A DNA stretch of 64,000 bases from the human T2T-CHM13v2.0 reference genome, Homo sapiens (GCF_009914755.1 NC_060925.1); one strand, 5' to 3'. Shown: positions 13,930-27,279, numbered from the stretch's first letter. Notes: generated by a model not told the origin, from the sequence alone. Numbers and translations are program-made.

Positions 13930-14060
13930 CAAGGCTTGTCCAAATTCCATGGCTTACTGAGTGGTCTTGAACCTTCTCTGAATTTTGTTCCTTAGTCTGT
14001 AAAATGGAGTTATCACCTGTTATGCAATATCACAGAGTTGTAATGAATCAAGTAACATTA
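13930..14060 (+). mobile_element. MIR fragment
   Basis: CTCTGAATTTTGTTCCTTAGTCTGTAAAATGG MIR core. Confidence 0.6.
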
Positions 14061-14509
14061 TCTTAGTATGGGTTCACCTGTCACCCTATTGTGGGGTGCA
14101 GTTCAGTCGCACACCTCATGAACTAAGTAACTATTATTACTGTAAATGTCTCCCTAACATTTAAGACAGAAAAAGATTTCCAGAGTTCTTCTTACGTTTT
14201 TAATCGACTTCTCCAACACTTGAGCATCCACCAAATATCACTGCCAAAAATGTGCTGAACATCTCCTGTTATGACCTCACTCTCCTATGTAGTGTTGTTC
14301 ACATATTTTTTGCCATAAGCTTTCTAAGAAAATAGATTATTTTTCACATGATTCAAAGCATCTTTCTTTCATATTGAAGGAGCAATAATTCCTTATGCAG
14401 AAAGTTTACAGGTTGTTGTTGCTGTTGTTTGAGATTACTCCTCAATTAATTAATTCTATGTTTAATATCTAATAGAGCATATATATGTACACTTGGACAC
14501 ACTCCATTA

Positions 14510-14670
14510 ATACAGTGGAAAATCCATGGACTATAGAGTCAGGAAAACCTATATTCGAATTCCTGTTCTGTGACCTTGAGAATGTAATTTAACTTCCCTG
14601 CTCCTCAGTTTCCACATTTGGTTCTGGATTATGATGATTTAATAAAATACGATATATAAAAGTAAGTGCC
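14510..14670 (+). mobile_element. MIR fragment
   Basis: GGACTATAGAGTCAG...TGTGACCTTGAG...CTCAGTTTCC. Confidence 0.6.
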
Positions 14671-14929
14671 TAGGCTATGAAGGTATTATTTCCTACCTCT
14701 CCTAAATCTTTTCTTTCTATGCCAGGATCAATCAAACCCACCCAGAATACAAGGCAACTTTCATAGGGTATCTTTTACATCAGTCGAGGGAACGCTGCGA
14801 TGTGATATAAGTGGATGATGGCATGAGTCAGGCATCCAACAGAGCAAGATGTGGAGAAAGTGAGAGGTACCTACAAGGGCCCTAGACTTCACTCGCATGT
14901 GCGAAAAGGGCATTTTGATACCCTTTCAA

Positions 14930-15960
14930 GAATGCCCCGCATACTCGCGGAGGCTTATACCACGATGTGGGAAAACGACGGAATTACAGAATAAACCAGC
15001 AGGGAGCCTCCTCGTTCACCCAACCCGACCCCGCCCGCCCGAGTCTCCCATCTGGAGCCTAAAAACTGAGCTGAGATCACAGCAACTGACCCCGTCCCCT
15101 CCGCCCTCTCCCTCCCCCATTCTGCCCAAACCTCTCAGGGCACGAATGGTGCTGAATCATTTGCACGAACGCAGCAGCTCCCCGTTCCGCGGCTCCCAGC
15201 GGGGACGGTGTCCCCAGAGCAGTGACAGTCCGGGGATGGGGGCCCGGAAAGAGGGCCAGGGCGGAGCCTTTGGGGACGTGGGGACATGGAAGGGGGTCGG
15301 GGGAGGATGGCGGCAGCAGGTACTCACCCGGGTGAGGAAAGCCCAGCCCGGGTCCTCGCGTCCCCGCTGCAAGCGGTCCCCCAGGTGCTCCCGCGCCTCG
15401 CAGCTTCCCCGTGGGCGGCCGCCCCGACTCGGCAGCCTGCACTGGTGGTCCGGTGCTCTCCTCCGCCCGCCCACCGCCCGTGGCAGCCACGGCTCGGGAC
15501 TCCGGTGCTCGACGCGGAGTGCCTGGAACAGCTGTCGCTGCCCAAGCGGGTGGCGGCTACCGACGGGCCAGACCATTCGCCTGCTGCGGCCGGGGGTGCA
15601 CGACGTGCCGAGAGGCGCGGGCGCCGGGGGCGGCGACGGTTGGGAGGAACAAAGGACTCGGGGAATCCTCTGCCCCCTCGGAGTCAGGAGGTCCTGGGGA
15701 CAGGAGGGATCAACGGAGGGGCCGCTGCCTCTTCTGGGGGTTTACTGAAGACACTGCTCGAGCTTTCCCGGGCCACACACACCCCCCCCCCGTTTGCCTT
15801 GGTCCCGCTCGGGGCTCCTTTAGAACGCGGCAAACAGAGGACTTAGCAACGCGAGCGCCTGGGCGGCGCCCCTCCTCAGAGATGCGAGAGGCGCTGGCCT
15901 GAGCGCCTCCGGCCACCTCCTTCTACCTCCGGGCCCTAGGCGCCCGATCCACCTGCCTAT
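14930..15960. promoter_or_regulatory. TTLL7: CpG-island promoter of a minus-strand gene (probably TTLL7)
   Basis: Only dense, non-depleted CpG/GC-rich kilobase in the window; multiple GGGCGG/CCGCCC boxes; no TATA box; contains a first-exon donor. The island is directly seen; the gene name is recalled. Confidence 0.85.
15328..15545 (-). other. TTLL7: Non-coding first exon (5'UTR), probably of tubulin polyglutamylase TTLL7; TSS position approximate
   Basis: Minus strand reads ...GGACCCGGGCTGGGCTTTCCTCACCCGG|GTGAGTA (consensus donor, GT at 15327-15326). Matches my recollection of the TTLL7 mRNA leader; needs BLAT confirmation. Confidence 0.62.
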
Positions 15961-16664
15961 CTGACCACAGACATCTTCCCACAAAACAGTGGAGCTTTTT
16001 GAATCTTTGAAGAGAGTCTTCAGATCTTTTATCTAAGCATCTTTGTGAAGCAAAGAATAAACGGGTATCTGAGGCCAGCTCGAAAGTTAGGAAATAAAAT
16101 CAGGTGGGGCCCCATCCCGTAGATGCTGAGGGACAGCTCTGACCTAGAGTTCCTGCTAAGCAAATGTTGAACCACGGCAGTTGTAAAAAAATGTAGATTT
16201 AGGAAGCCATTTCGAGATAAAGATTTACAGAAGATTGTTGCAGAAATTAAAGAATATTCGAGGTTCATTGTTCACCATTTTAGAGTTGCGTGTCTTGAAA
16301 ACGGGAAGGCAATCATGTCTTCTCATAAAATGAATTGTATAGAACTGGAAGAAGTCCTAACACATGAATTCCTTAGACTTTTGTGGTCCCTGCTTCTGTC
16401 ACGCTGGGTTCACACAGGTTCATTTCAGAGCATGGTGAAGATCAGGACAAGTGTACAGTTTTCCCTGTAGAAAAAAAGAAAAGATAGAACAGAATTGGCA
16501 ACTACCTATAAAATGTGATTAAAGGTAGGAAAAAAAAAGGCCCTCCAAGTGCATCCCAAAAAATATAAAATTTCACAATTTAAAGTTTTGTCCTTCGTTG
16601 AGTAAATCAACATAAATTCAGCACTTTCTATAGACCACTGTGCTGAGAATAGTCTCATTTTCAT

Positions 16665-16880
16665 TTCTTCATTTATTCTTCTAAAAACTCCTGTGAGATT
16701 GGTAACCTGCAATAGACCTCCATACAGCCTTGCCAGCATTGGGAACTGATCTGGTCAGTGAGGGCATCTTCTCATAAAGGACACTGGTGAGAAACTGGGC
16801 TCAGGGTTTGTCGTGCTGGGTTAGTCTCACGATCATAAGCGGCAGAGCAGACATTGCCACCTGGAGTTTTTGACTTGTTC
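16665..16880 (-). mobile_element. MIR whose core is replaced by an 86-bp non-MIR segment
   Basis: MIR-like ATTTATTCTTCTAAAAACTCCTGTGAGATTGGT on the left and AGAAACTGGGCTCAG...TAAGCGGCAGAGC on the right. Confidence 0.65.
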
Positions 16881-18116
16881 CTTTCCCCTAGAATGCCTCT
16901 GAGAACGATATACATTAAACCGTGTCACATCTGTGATTGCAACTTGAATGTGAGTCTGTTTATCCTTCCTTTGTGAGAAGGGGTTTTAGAATGGAGAGGG
17001 GGCAGTTAGGTGTCCAGGGTAGGCATCACCCTGAGGCAAGAAGAGTGATCAGAAAGAAGAAGCTGGACTTCACCCAGAACTAGCCGAACATCAGCGTCAC
17101 AATACACTGTCAAGGTCACATGAGGTTGAAGAGGAATTCTCCACTGCCTTCTTGTTAATCATCTTTACATCATTATTTTCACTGTATTACACTTTACACT
17201 ATGCATGCACTATTACTACATTACATGTTATCATTCTTCCATTCCTAGGAAGGGGCAAGAATTTTTCAATAAACCTATTATCATGGGTCCTCATATACCT
17301 TATCAAAAAAAATGTTAAGTAACAGAGGTATTAGCAACACTTAACGTCACCTCAAGAAAGCTTTTTGAGAAATCAGGAATAAAATTAAATTGTTTCTGTA
17401 TGATATGATATTGTTACTATGTTAATGGTTGTTGTAAAGATTCACACGTCAGCAGCAGCAAAACAGAAATCCCCAAAGTTGCATGTTGCCGAGGAGCAGG
17501 AGCATTGGGTCCCCAGTGGCCAGACTGGCCTCAGGCTCAGAAATGTGTGATTCTTCTCTCCATGTGCAGTTGTTTCACTTTCAAAGGCAACAACAGGAAC
17601 AGAACACATGTAGATGAGGCGTCTTCTGAGTTAGTGCTTTATGTCAGATGTTAGATGATAGGGATATAGAAAGGAATTTAGAGCCTTATGATTTGTGGTG
17701 CGGATGGGCCAGTGACATCTGCAGCAATCTGTTTGTATAAGTTGACACTCTTGGAACATATGTTTCTGAATGAAGAAAGGGGAATTTTTGTGCTGGCAGC
17801 CTTGGGAAATTGTCAAAAGAAGTGGAAGGAATGGTGTGATGCCTGCATTCCCTGCTTTCCTCAGAGTCCTCAAATGGTTTTGAGCCTGCTGTGTAAAGAA
17901 CTTAGGGCCAGAAGCTAAATAATCATCTTCCCCACAAATGACTTTGTGAAATTTAAGTTCTAAGAAGTACTACTTTAGGCCTGGTGACAAATGACAGCAT
18001 GGAGCTGGCAAGAGAGCCATTCTCTCACCCAACCTGAAATAGACCTCCATACAGCCTTGCCAGCGATAGGAACTGATCTGCCCAGTGAGGGTATATTCTC
18101 ATAAAGAACACTGGTG
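16704..18116 (+). repeat. Dispersed 86-bp direct repeat (16704-16789 and 18031-18116)
   Basis: 9 mismatches in 86 bp by hand alignment, no indels. Confidence 0.95.
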
Positions 18117-18589
18117 GCCGATACAAGGTCAAGGTAACTTAAGTAGGAGCCCAGAGCAGTAAAGCAGGAGTGGTATTATTCCTGAGCACCTGAAAGACAC
18201 TGCTGAGGATTTCTTGCTGCAAATGATGGAGACTAGGGAGGCACTGCAGGGTCAAGGGAATCATTATTAAACTCAAGATGATTGTTAAACCTTATTTAGG
18301 CACCGATATTAACATGAACTCATTTGTATTCACAAACTAGCATGATCTGGGAACATTCCAATATTACTTTTTAAATGATACTAATAAGAAGAGAGCTAGA
18401 GAGAAAGAGAATACTTAATGCCTTTGATAAAACTGCATTGTGAGCCACAAAATGTTAAATCTTGATGCAAGTTATTCCAGTACCTGCTATGTGTTGGTCT
18501 CTTACCAAAGCATGTGGTGACATTAACCTCTCAACTTATTCTTGCTGAAGAGAGTGCTTAATTGTGTTGTTTCTCTTTGCGTTTAGCTA

Positions 18590-18750
18590 ACACTTATTAA
18601 ATCATTAGTGTTTGAGTAACTAGTATTATGTGAAGTAAGTACTATTATCACTCCCATTTTATAAATGAAGAAACTGAGAATTACAAGGGTGTATTAATTT
18701 GTCAAAGGTAGCACAATTGGAAAGAGACAAAGCTGGATTTCAAACACTAA
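18590..18750 (-). mobile_element. MIR
   Basis: ACTATTATCACTCCCATTTTATAAATGAAGAAACTGAG core. Confidence 0.75.
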
Positions 18751-19005
18751 CCAATACATGACGTGAATATCAGCATACTTTTACTGTCTCCTGCTATAGA
18801 GAACATGTACATTGCATGTTTCTCTGCAGCAGAATCTATTTTTTATTTATTATTAAAAACCTGTTTTCAACTCTCATTTCTAAGAGGAAATGAGTCATTT
18901 CCCACAGAAGATTTAAACATTGGATACCCTTTTCTAGGTTTCTGTGCTCAGAAAAGAGACCCTGAATTTAAGAATAAGAAGTGAACCTTGTAACATAAAC
19001 TTGAC

Positions 19006-19125
19006 CAGTGATGCCTAAAATTCTTGCTGCAAAATTATGATTGCAGGAACTCCTGCATGAGACTCTGGAAACTAGATTCCTATGAAGTTCTGTAGGTGGT
19101 TCTAATGTACAGCCAAGTTTGACCA
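19006..19125. mobile_element. MER5A-like hAT MITE remnant
   Basis: CAGTG start; AGGTGGTTCTAATGTACAGCCAAGTTTGA near the end. Confidence 0.5.
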
Positions 19126-19479
19126 GACCATACTGGACAAAAACAATATGGGGCCTACAAAAAATAACATTCAGGCTTCTAGACTTAACCCCTTAATCCC
19201 ACCTTTTATTAAGAAGGAAATAAGAGGCTGTTATTTAAAACCTACATTATGTAATTTTACATTTATCATATAAAATGTATTTATTAAAGGGTTTAGAATT
19301 TTTCTCAGTGTTGTTTTTGTCATTCTCAACAAATCTTCAAAAAGCCCCAAATTTAAAATGATACTCATTCAAAATTACTTTTATATATAGATATTGGACT
19401 TTAAGCCCTTTTTAATTATTATACGGCATTTTATATAAGACAAAAAGTCATATTGCATTAGACTTTTGTTTTAATTTTT

Positions 19480-21440
19480 GGAGAATTTACATGACAGTAA
19501 GTCATTTCATCCAAGAAGATAATAAGCTTTTCTAGTTTATGTTTTTTCATTTCCCAATCATATTTTTATAATTTTGCTTATATATGTTCTGTAACTTTCT
19601 TACCAAAGTTGTACCAAATTTTTTATAGCACTTGTATTCTGAATGAAATGTTCTTTCCATTTCCTTTTGTAGGGTCTTCTACCAGAACAGAGAGATGATG
19701 CTTTCTGTAATTTATTTTGTATTCATTCAGTGCACCAAATTATCTTATTACTTGTTTTTTCATGAGTCCCTTGGATTTTCCAAGAAAACAGGCATATCAG
19801 CAATATCAAGAACTTTGTTTCTGGCTGGGCACAATGGCTTATGCCAGTAATCCCAACACTTCGGAAGGCCAGCGTGAAAGGAACACTTGACCCCAGGAAT
19901 TTGAGACCAGCCTGGGCAACATAAGGAGATCTGTCTCTATAAAAAATAAGAAATTAGCTGTGCGTGGTGGCACCAGCCTACAGTCCCAGCTACTCAGGAG
20001 GCCAATGTGGGAAGATCCCTTAGTCCAGGAGTTCAAGGCTGCAGTGAGCCTTGATCACGCCACTGGCTCCACTCCGAGCAACAGAGTGAGACTGTTTATA
20101 AAATATATAAAAATGTATATTTGTTATAATTTATACCAGTTATTTTATTTATATTTGTTAGAATCACTAATGTAAGTGATTGTGGTGATGCCTGATTCCA
20201 GATTTTAAGTGAAAGATTTAATTTTTGTGATTTGGGATGATGTTCGCTATTGGGCTTTCCTTTATTATAAAAGAAATTTTTTCTGATTCTATTTTGCTTA
20301 AAGTCACTTGACTTTTATCTGATGCCTTTCCACAACTTATTGATAATGGTTGGGCTTTTTCCCTTTAATTTTTAATGTAATCAATATGTAGCTAGACTTC
20401 CTGATATTGAACCGCCTTTTCATTCCTCTAATAAAGCCTATTTTTTCACACCATGTTATTCACGTGATTCATTCCTCTATTGTATTCTCTGTTATTTAAA
20501 CATTTGGCAGCTATATTCAGAAATGAAATCAGCCTGTACTTTTAATTGTTGTTTTACTCCTTCTTAGGCTTTGGTACTCAAGTTAGTCTGGCTTCATGAA
20601 ATTAACTGGGGAACTTTCCATTTTTTTCTAAGACTTACAATAGTTTAAATAATATTGGAATTATCCGTTCTTTAATAGTTAGATTAAAAATTCAGCTGTG
20701 AATTCATCTGCCTGTGGCCTTCTTCAATAGCAGATCATTAATCACTTCTCCAATCTCTTCTGTAATAATTGGTCTATTCAAGTTTTTCACTTCTTCTGTG
20801 TCAGTTGTGATCATGTATATTTTCCTAGGAAAGTATTCACTTCTTCTAGGTTTTATTTTCCTAATGTGTTGCTAGGATCATCTTTAGTATTTACTTAGAA
20901 TTCTTTTAATCTCTTTCCTACTTTCACACAATTGATCATGTCTAATTATGATCTTATTATCTTTTCCTTAGCAGGTTCACATGATGTTTATTTTATTTGT
21001 CTTTTTAAAGAAGCAATCTTTGAATTTATCATTCTTTTCTACCATTTTATCTATTTTAATAATTTCACTGTTGATACCTCTTCAGAGTTTCTTTTGTTTT
21101 CTTTTTGCTATTGTTGTTGTTCTTACATGGACTCATTACTTACTTAATGCCTTTGTACTCACCTTTCTGCTTCCATAATTAAAGGCAACACATTTTCCTC
21201 TGAGTTCAGTTTTTGCTGTGTCCCATTATTTTTAGAGTGTTTGATTTGTCAATGTTTCTGGACATTTCTATATTATTTAATTTCCTCTGTCATACAAGGT
21301 TTGTCTTATTATGTGCTTCTTTATTTCCAATTTATTTTACTGAACTGTGGTGAGAGGATGTAACCTGTAAGCTTTCTACTTCTTTGAATTTGGTTTTCCT
21401 TTCAGCTAAGCACATGATTTGTTTTGTAAAAGTTTTAGGG
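19480..21440 (-). mobile_element. Old L1M ORF2 region
   Basis: T-rich antisense L1 sequence (e.g. AAATTCAGCTGTGAATTCATCTG, TTGGTCTATTCAAGTTTT). Confidence 0.7.
19823..20097 (+). mobile_element. AluJ
   Basis: Diverged dimer. Confidence 0.88.
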
Positions 21441-21449
21441 AACTATGAA

Positions 21450-21531
21450 ATATATGTGTATATATGTGTGTGTGTGTGTGTGTGTGTGGGTGGGGGTGTG
21501 TATATATATGTGTGTGCGTGTGTATGTGTGT
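21450..21531. repeat. Compound (TG)n/(TA)n microsatellite
   Basis: Seen directly. Confidence 0.9.
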
Positions 21532-21565
21532 ATTCAAAGAATAAAATGTACTATATTAATATGTG

Positions 21566-21818
21566 CTCATGCCTGTAATCCCAACACTTTGAGAGGACAA
21601 GGCAGGAGCATCCCTTGAGGCCAGGAGTTCAAAACTAACCTAAGCAACAAAGTGAGACCCTGTTTCGACAAAAAAATTGGCACACCTGTAGTCCCAGCTG
21701 CTAGGGAGGCTGAGGTGGAAGGATCACTTGAGCCCAGAAGTTCGAGATTACAGTGAACGATGATTGCACCACTGCATTCAATCCAGGTGAAAGAGTGAGA
21801 CCCTATCTCAAAAAGAAA
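21566..21818 (+). mobile_element. AluJ with internal deletion
   Basis: Both arms present; the start of the right arm is missing. Confidence 0.85.
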
Positions 21819-22149
21819 GTGCCATAGTCTGAAAGTTTATGTTCCCACAAAATTCATATGTTGAAACCTAATTATCAATGTGATTTTATTAGAAGGTGGG
21901 GCCATTGGAAGACAATTAGGTCATGAGGGCAGAGCCCTCATGAATGAAATTAATGCCTTATAAAAGAGGCCCCAGCCAGCTACCCTGCCCTGCCCATCAT
22001 GTGAGGACACCAGGGAGAAAGCGTCATATATGAACCAGAAAGCAGGCCTTCACCAGACACTAAATCTGCTGGCACCTTGATCTTGAACTTTACAGCCCCA
22101 GAACTGTGTCTATGGTATTTTGTTATAGCAGCCTGAATGGACTATGACA
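21819..22149 (+). mobile_element. MLT1A-type MaLR LTR
   Basis: CAAAATTCATATGTTGAAACCTAA...GGTCATGAGGGCAGAGCCCTCATGAATG...GTTATAGCAGCCTGAATGGACTATGACA. Confidence 0.88.
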
Positions 22150-22896
22150 ATGTTTAACATGTTAAGTTTAATAATTGTATTACTCACTTACTCTATGTTG
22201 TCTCCATAGCTTTTCTTTTTTGTCAAAATCATTTCATTTCTGGGAGAGATACACTGAAAAATCCAGAACAATTATTTTTATCATGTTCTTTAATTTCCTT
22301 TTTCTAATTTAAATAAAATGTCCCCTTGCAGTCCTAAAAGTTTGGCTTGTTTATTTAGTTTTTTTTATTTTGTTTGCTAAAAACAGAACATATAATCAAT
22401 TTGATAATATCTTTCCTTATATTTCTTAGTGCTTTAACCTTCTATTCTGCATTGTTTGCTGTTAAAATTGCCTCTGTTCATACTTTTCTGTGCTTTTTCA
22501 TTGTCTGGTTTGGTTCTTCTTTTATCTTCAGGCTCTTTTATTACTGTATTTTAGGTATGCATTTTTCAAAAAACATAAATCTACTTTTTAAATAAAGTCT
22601 TTTTTTAATAAGAGAGTGTCAGTCCAATCACATTTTGTGAAATGCCTGATATGTGTAAGTTTATTCTTCCCATCTTACTTTGTACTTATTTATTTTATCA
22701 TGTTGTTTTCCCTTTTACATTTTTTTATGATTGCCAGTCTGATCAAGTTTCATTAATTCCCCTTTCTACTCATTTATCTGCAAGCTTGCTGGGATTTTTC
22801 CTTTTCATAAATTGTTATCTTCCCTTCCCTTGCTCTTATAATAAGATAGTACTACAAGACCATCATATGAAAGAAAGATATTATTTTCCTAATAGT

Positions 22897-23275
22897 TGTA
22901 TTAGTCCGTTTTTATACTGCTATACAGTTTTCATACTGCTATAGAGAACTGCCCAAGACTGGGTAATTTACAAAGGAAAGAGTTTTAATTGACGCACAGT
23001 TCAGCATGGCTGGGGAGGCCTCAGGAAACTTACAATCATTGCAGAAGGGGAAGCAAAAACGTCCTTCTTCACATGGCAGCAGCAAGGAAAAGTGCTGAGG
23101 GAAGGCGGGGGGAAAGCCCCTTACAAAACCATCAGATCTCATGAGAACTCACCCACTATCATGAGAAGAGCGTGGAGGTAACCGCCCCGATGATTCAGTT
23201 ACCTCCCATGACTCATGGAAATTATGGGAACTACAAGATGAGATTTGGGTGGGGACACAAAGCCAAACCATATTA
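22897..23275 (-). mobile_element. THE1 (C-like) solo LTR
   Basis: TGTATTAGTCCG...GGGGACACAAAGCCAAACCATATTA. Confidence 0.9.
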
Positions 23276-23749
23276 CAGGTCCTATATTTCCCCTCTTTCC
23301 TCCATTTGAATAAGACAAGTCTTGTAAAATATTTTCACTTTCTTCCTTTTTCAGCATTCTTTCTCTCCTATCCTTCAGCTCTGCTTCTCTCTTCATCATG
23401 TTCCATCTCTAAAGATTTCTATTCTGGTCTATTTACTGTTTAGTTCAGGCCTTTTCTTATGGATTTTCCTGTGATGAAGTACTAAGTAATAAACTCTTTC
23501 TTGTGTATCTATGAATATTTTTATTTTATGTTGAGAAGTGAATGATATCCTGTCCAGGTACTGAATCCTTTGGTTAGGGTCCAATTCTTAAACTATAGAT
23601 TCTAGTTAATTTTTGTTTCTAGCTTCCATTATTACAAATGTGAAATCTGATCAAGTCTAATACTTTCTCATTATAGATAATTTGTTCTTACTGCTTGAAA
23701 CTTGTGAGTTTTTCCCTATATCTTTAACATTCAAGAATTTTACCACAAG

Positions 23750-23892
23750 GGCCAGGTGTGATAGCTAACACCTGTACACTCAACATTTTGGGAGGCCTAG
23801 GTGGGAGGATCACTTGAGGCCAGGAGTTCAAGACTAGCCTGGGCAACATAGTGAGACCCTGTCTCTAAAAAGAGAGAGAGGGAGAGACAGAG
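23750..23892 (+). mobile_element. FLAM_C-like Alu monomer with (GA)n tail
   Basis: Single monomer; TSD AAGAATTT(T/C)ACCACA at 23733-23747 and 23893-23907. Confidence 0.88.
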
Positions 23893-26399
23893 AAGAATTT
23901 CACCACACTTAGGTCTTAAACTAGGGAATTTTCTTCTGGTTATTTTAAATTATTGTCTTTTGAAATTTAAAACATGCTATCATTTCTTTTTGAGGTTCAT
24001 GCTCTTTTGCCTTATGCTTTGAAGTATTTCTCAGACCTTGATCTTTCAGACCTTTAGTTGAGATTTCTATAGAGACTATCTTGTCCTTCAGTTCTTTTCG
24101 TGAATTTTTTATTTGGGAAGCCATGTTTTCAGTTTCAGAAAGAATTATTTATGCTACTCTTTAATCACAATTCAAGTTGTCACTATCCCCTTTAACTCTA
24201 ACAGTTCTTTGTTTGCTCTGATTACTGCCTCTGAGCCATTGGACAGGTTATTTTTCTACATCAGTTCATTGGAGCTCAGATGCTTAATGACAATAATCTC
24301 ACCGACAGTGAAAGATAAAGCCCTCTCCACCTACAGTTGAAAGCAGAGAGGCCACCAGACCCTGCTCCAGGTCTTGAAGGAAACTCTCCTACTCTCAAGT
24401 CTCCTGGTACTCTCAGAGCCTCAGAAACAGGAAGATCCAGTCTTCCTGCACAGTTCTTTCTTGGCCTTGTGTAGAAGGTATGGAGATCTGAGCCAACATT
24501 GTCTTCTATCCAAAGATCTACAGATCTCTAACCACCGAGCATTCCCTAGGCTCCAGTGCTCTTTGTCCTCACTAAGTCCCTGATATTGTTCTTTGCCCAT
24601 CCTTTGGGAGACAAAGCACTGGACTAGGTTTCCTCTGCTAGAACCCCAACAGAACCTGAGAACTCACTTCTACCCAGTTGCACATGGAAGCCAGCTGCCA
24701 CTAGACTTCTGAGAGACAGACACCTTAGAGCTGAGGATGAAGGGAGCTGTGTTTGTGTCAAGATATGACCCTATCTCCCTTAGGTCTAACTGTGTTTTTC
24801 TATAACTCAAATTAACTTTTATTTGAATCTCCCACTCCGCCAGGCCATGAAGATTTAGTCTCAGTCAATTCAAAATCTTCCCATATTTACCCTGGATCGT
24901 GGTTCTATGGTTCTTACATGATGGATGCTGAGATGTAGAGGCAGAAGTAGACATCTAATCTGCATCATCTATTTTACTACCTACATAGAGCCAGGCTGTC
25001 TGTATTAGTTATTATTGCATGTTGTATGCTCTAACACCTATTTTCATCTTATAAAAAAGATACATAAAGAACAATGAAGCTAGCATTTACAGAGCTCTAG
25101 GTAGTCCATGCTTTGAAGATAAGTTTGGGCTTGTCTGGAAGATTAATGTCTGCCAAGAATATATCTGAATAAGAGTCTGAGGAGTTTCCCAGTAAAAAAG
25201 AATTCATTCTAAGGGAGAAAAGGGCAGGCACACAAATTTGTTTCAATAACCATGACTTTGCGCCAGAAGGGAGGGATGATTCAAATAGAGCTGGATATCT
25301 ATTGCTCACAATGTCCTCCAACCCAGCTCCCAGGCTTAAGTCCTGGGAAGACGTTAGTCCGGCAACACGAAAGAGCCTGTTTTATTGGAAACTCAGTAAG
25401 ACACGGAAAGCACAAAACACCTGGGAACTCCGTGACAAAGATGGGTGAGCTTTTTGTTTAATTTTTGGGTTGTTGCTGTTTATTTGTTCTAATTTCAGCT
25501 GTTCTCATTTCTGTGAGCAGTAACTTATCATTGACATTAGCAGTACCCGCAAACTAGGGGAGAAGTGGCACAGGAGGCAGCAGCAGACTCTGATTTCCTG
25601 GAATCTCAAGCAGAGGGGAAACTTATCATCCTCCATGGTGACTGAGCGTCCTGAGTTGAGCAACTCCCCACCAGCCCCATTCCTCTCCCTGAAATAACTA
25701 GAGAACATGCTAAGTGGAACTCAAGGAATCTCAGAAGATACAGAAAGAACCAAGGTTAACTACTTGTTGTTACTGTGTCTCCATTTACCTCCAACAGCTG
25801 AAGTTTGAGGAAACATAATTTTATAATCAAAATCTGACCATGAAGGAAACTGGGTTCCATAACAAATCAATAATTGGACCAAGGATTAAACTAATTCATC
25901 TAGCGCATAACCCATAATGTTATTTATGGAAGGAAAGACTCAAATCACAAACAAAGCACATGAAAAAGGCAAACCCTTAAATATTTGTTCTACTGATTAC
26001 GGCTCTATGATTTTTATGGTACAATGTAAGGACTACACACTTGTTAGCCCCTCAGGAAAGAGTGATCTTTGGTCTTCTGCATGACTCCCATACTCAGCTG
26101 ATATGATCTGAAAAAGGAACATGGCTCTTCTTATCCATTGCAATCTTCACTTCTTCAGTCTTTCAGTGATGTGGCTTAAAGCTTTCTGTTTGTTGCTCCC
26201 AGCAATGGATACCTTCTTTTTATAACTGTAATTTGCAAGTCTGATTATTTTAAGAGTGAGACTAAAATTTCTGGTTGATAATTACAGTAAGTCAATGTGT
26301 GTTAATAAAAGGACTCAGTACATCAAATTTATCTTCATAAAAAAAGTAAGCAATTAAACCTAAATCACCCACAGAAGCTACGGGCTTGGTAGATTATTA

Positions 26400-26610
26400 T
26401 AGTAAAATAGCTAAGAATGATAGTTACTTTTTTTACTGAGCTTTCCGTAAGCACAATACTCTGAACAAAATACTTCATTTAATTCTCATTAGAAGATCAT
26501 ATTACATCCATCTTATAGATAAGGGAAGTGAAATTTTCAATTTATCAAACAACTTCCTCAGGTTACAAAGCAAAGTGAGATTCAAAACTCAATTTGTCTA
26601 AATCCAGTTG
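26400..26610 (-). mobile_element. MIR
   Basis: TTCATTTAATTCTCA...CATCCATCTTATAGATAAGGGAAGTGA. Confidence 0.55.
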
Positions 26611-27279
26611 TTTCTGATTTCTGGTCTCTCTTCCTTGTTAAGGAAGAGAAACCAGTATAGTTCATTACATCTGTGGACTCAAGTATCCCAGACATACAAT
26701 ATTTCATCCTCAGGCCAATTTCTTAGGAAAATCATTCCATTTGCCAAGAAAACAATACAACATTAAACTTGCTAACATTTTGGTTCGCTCTCAGATTCCA
26801 AGATAATTTCCTTAGAAGCATAGGGAATGAAATCCTGACTCACAATAAATAATCCTATCAAATGTAATTCTGTACTACCTTTGACCTTGCTCTTTTGCCT
26901 TTAGTCACTGCCAAGACTAATATAGATCTCATAATATTCTCAGGGCATAGAGAACAATCACTGAAATTCATCTAATTATGAAAAGAAAAAGAAGTATTTT
27001 TACAATATACAGAGCATTTGTTTTCCAAAATCTAAGCTGTCTCTTTTCCTTAAAGTATCATATAATAGTCCACATGATAATTTTGCATTTTCAGTGTGTA
27101 AAATAGTTACCCTAGTATTATTCGCTACCTTCCCTTATTACTCACTGCCAAAACAAGAGATTAGCATTTTACACATTCATTATTACCTAAATATTCAAGA
27201 ATAAAACCAAGAAATAAAGCATAAAAATTAATAATTTAATTAGTAAGTGTTCTTTATTTGGTGTTTATTTGTCTGTAAT

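Noticed and set aside
14897-15916. Long overlapping ORFs across the CpG island (283 aa +, 186 aa +, 163 aa +, 137/139 aa -)
   Set aside because: Stop-codon scarcity in GC-rich DNA; Pro/Arg/Gly-rich in all frames, no recognisable domain; minus-strand ORFs read through the splice donor.
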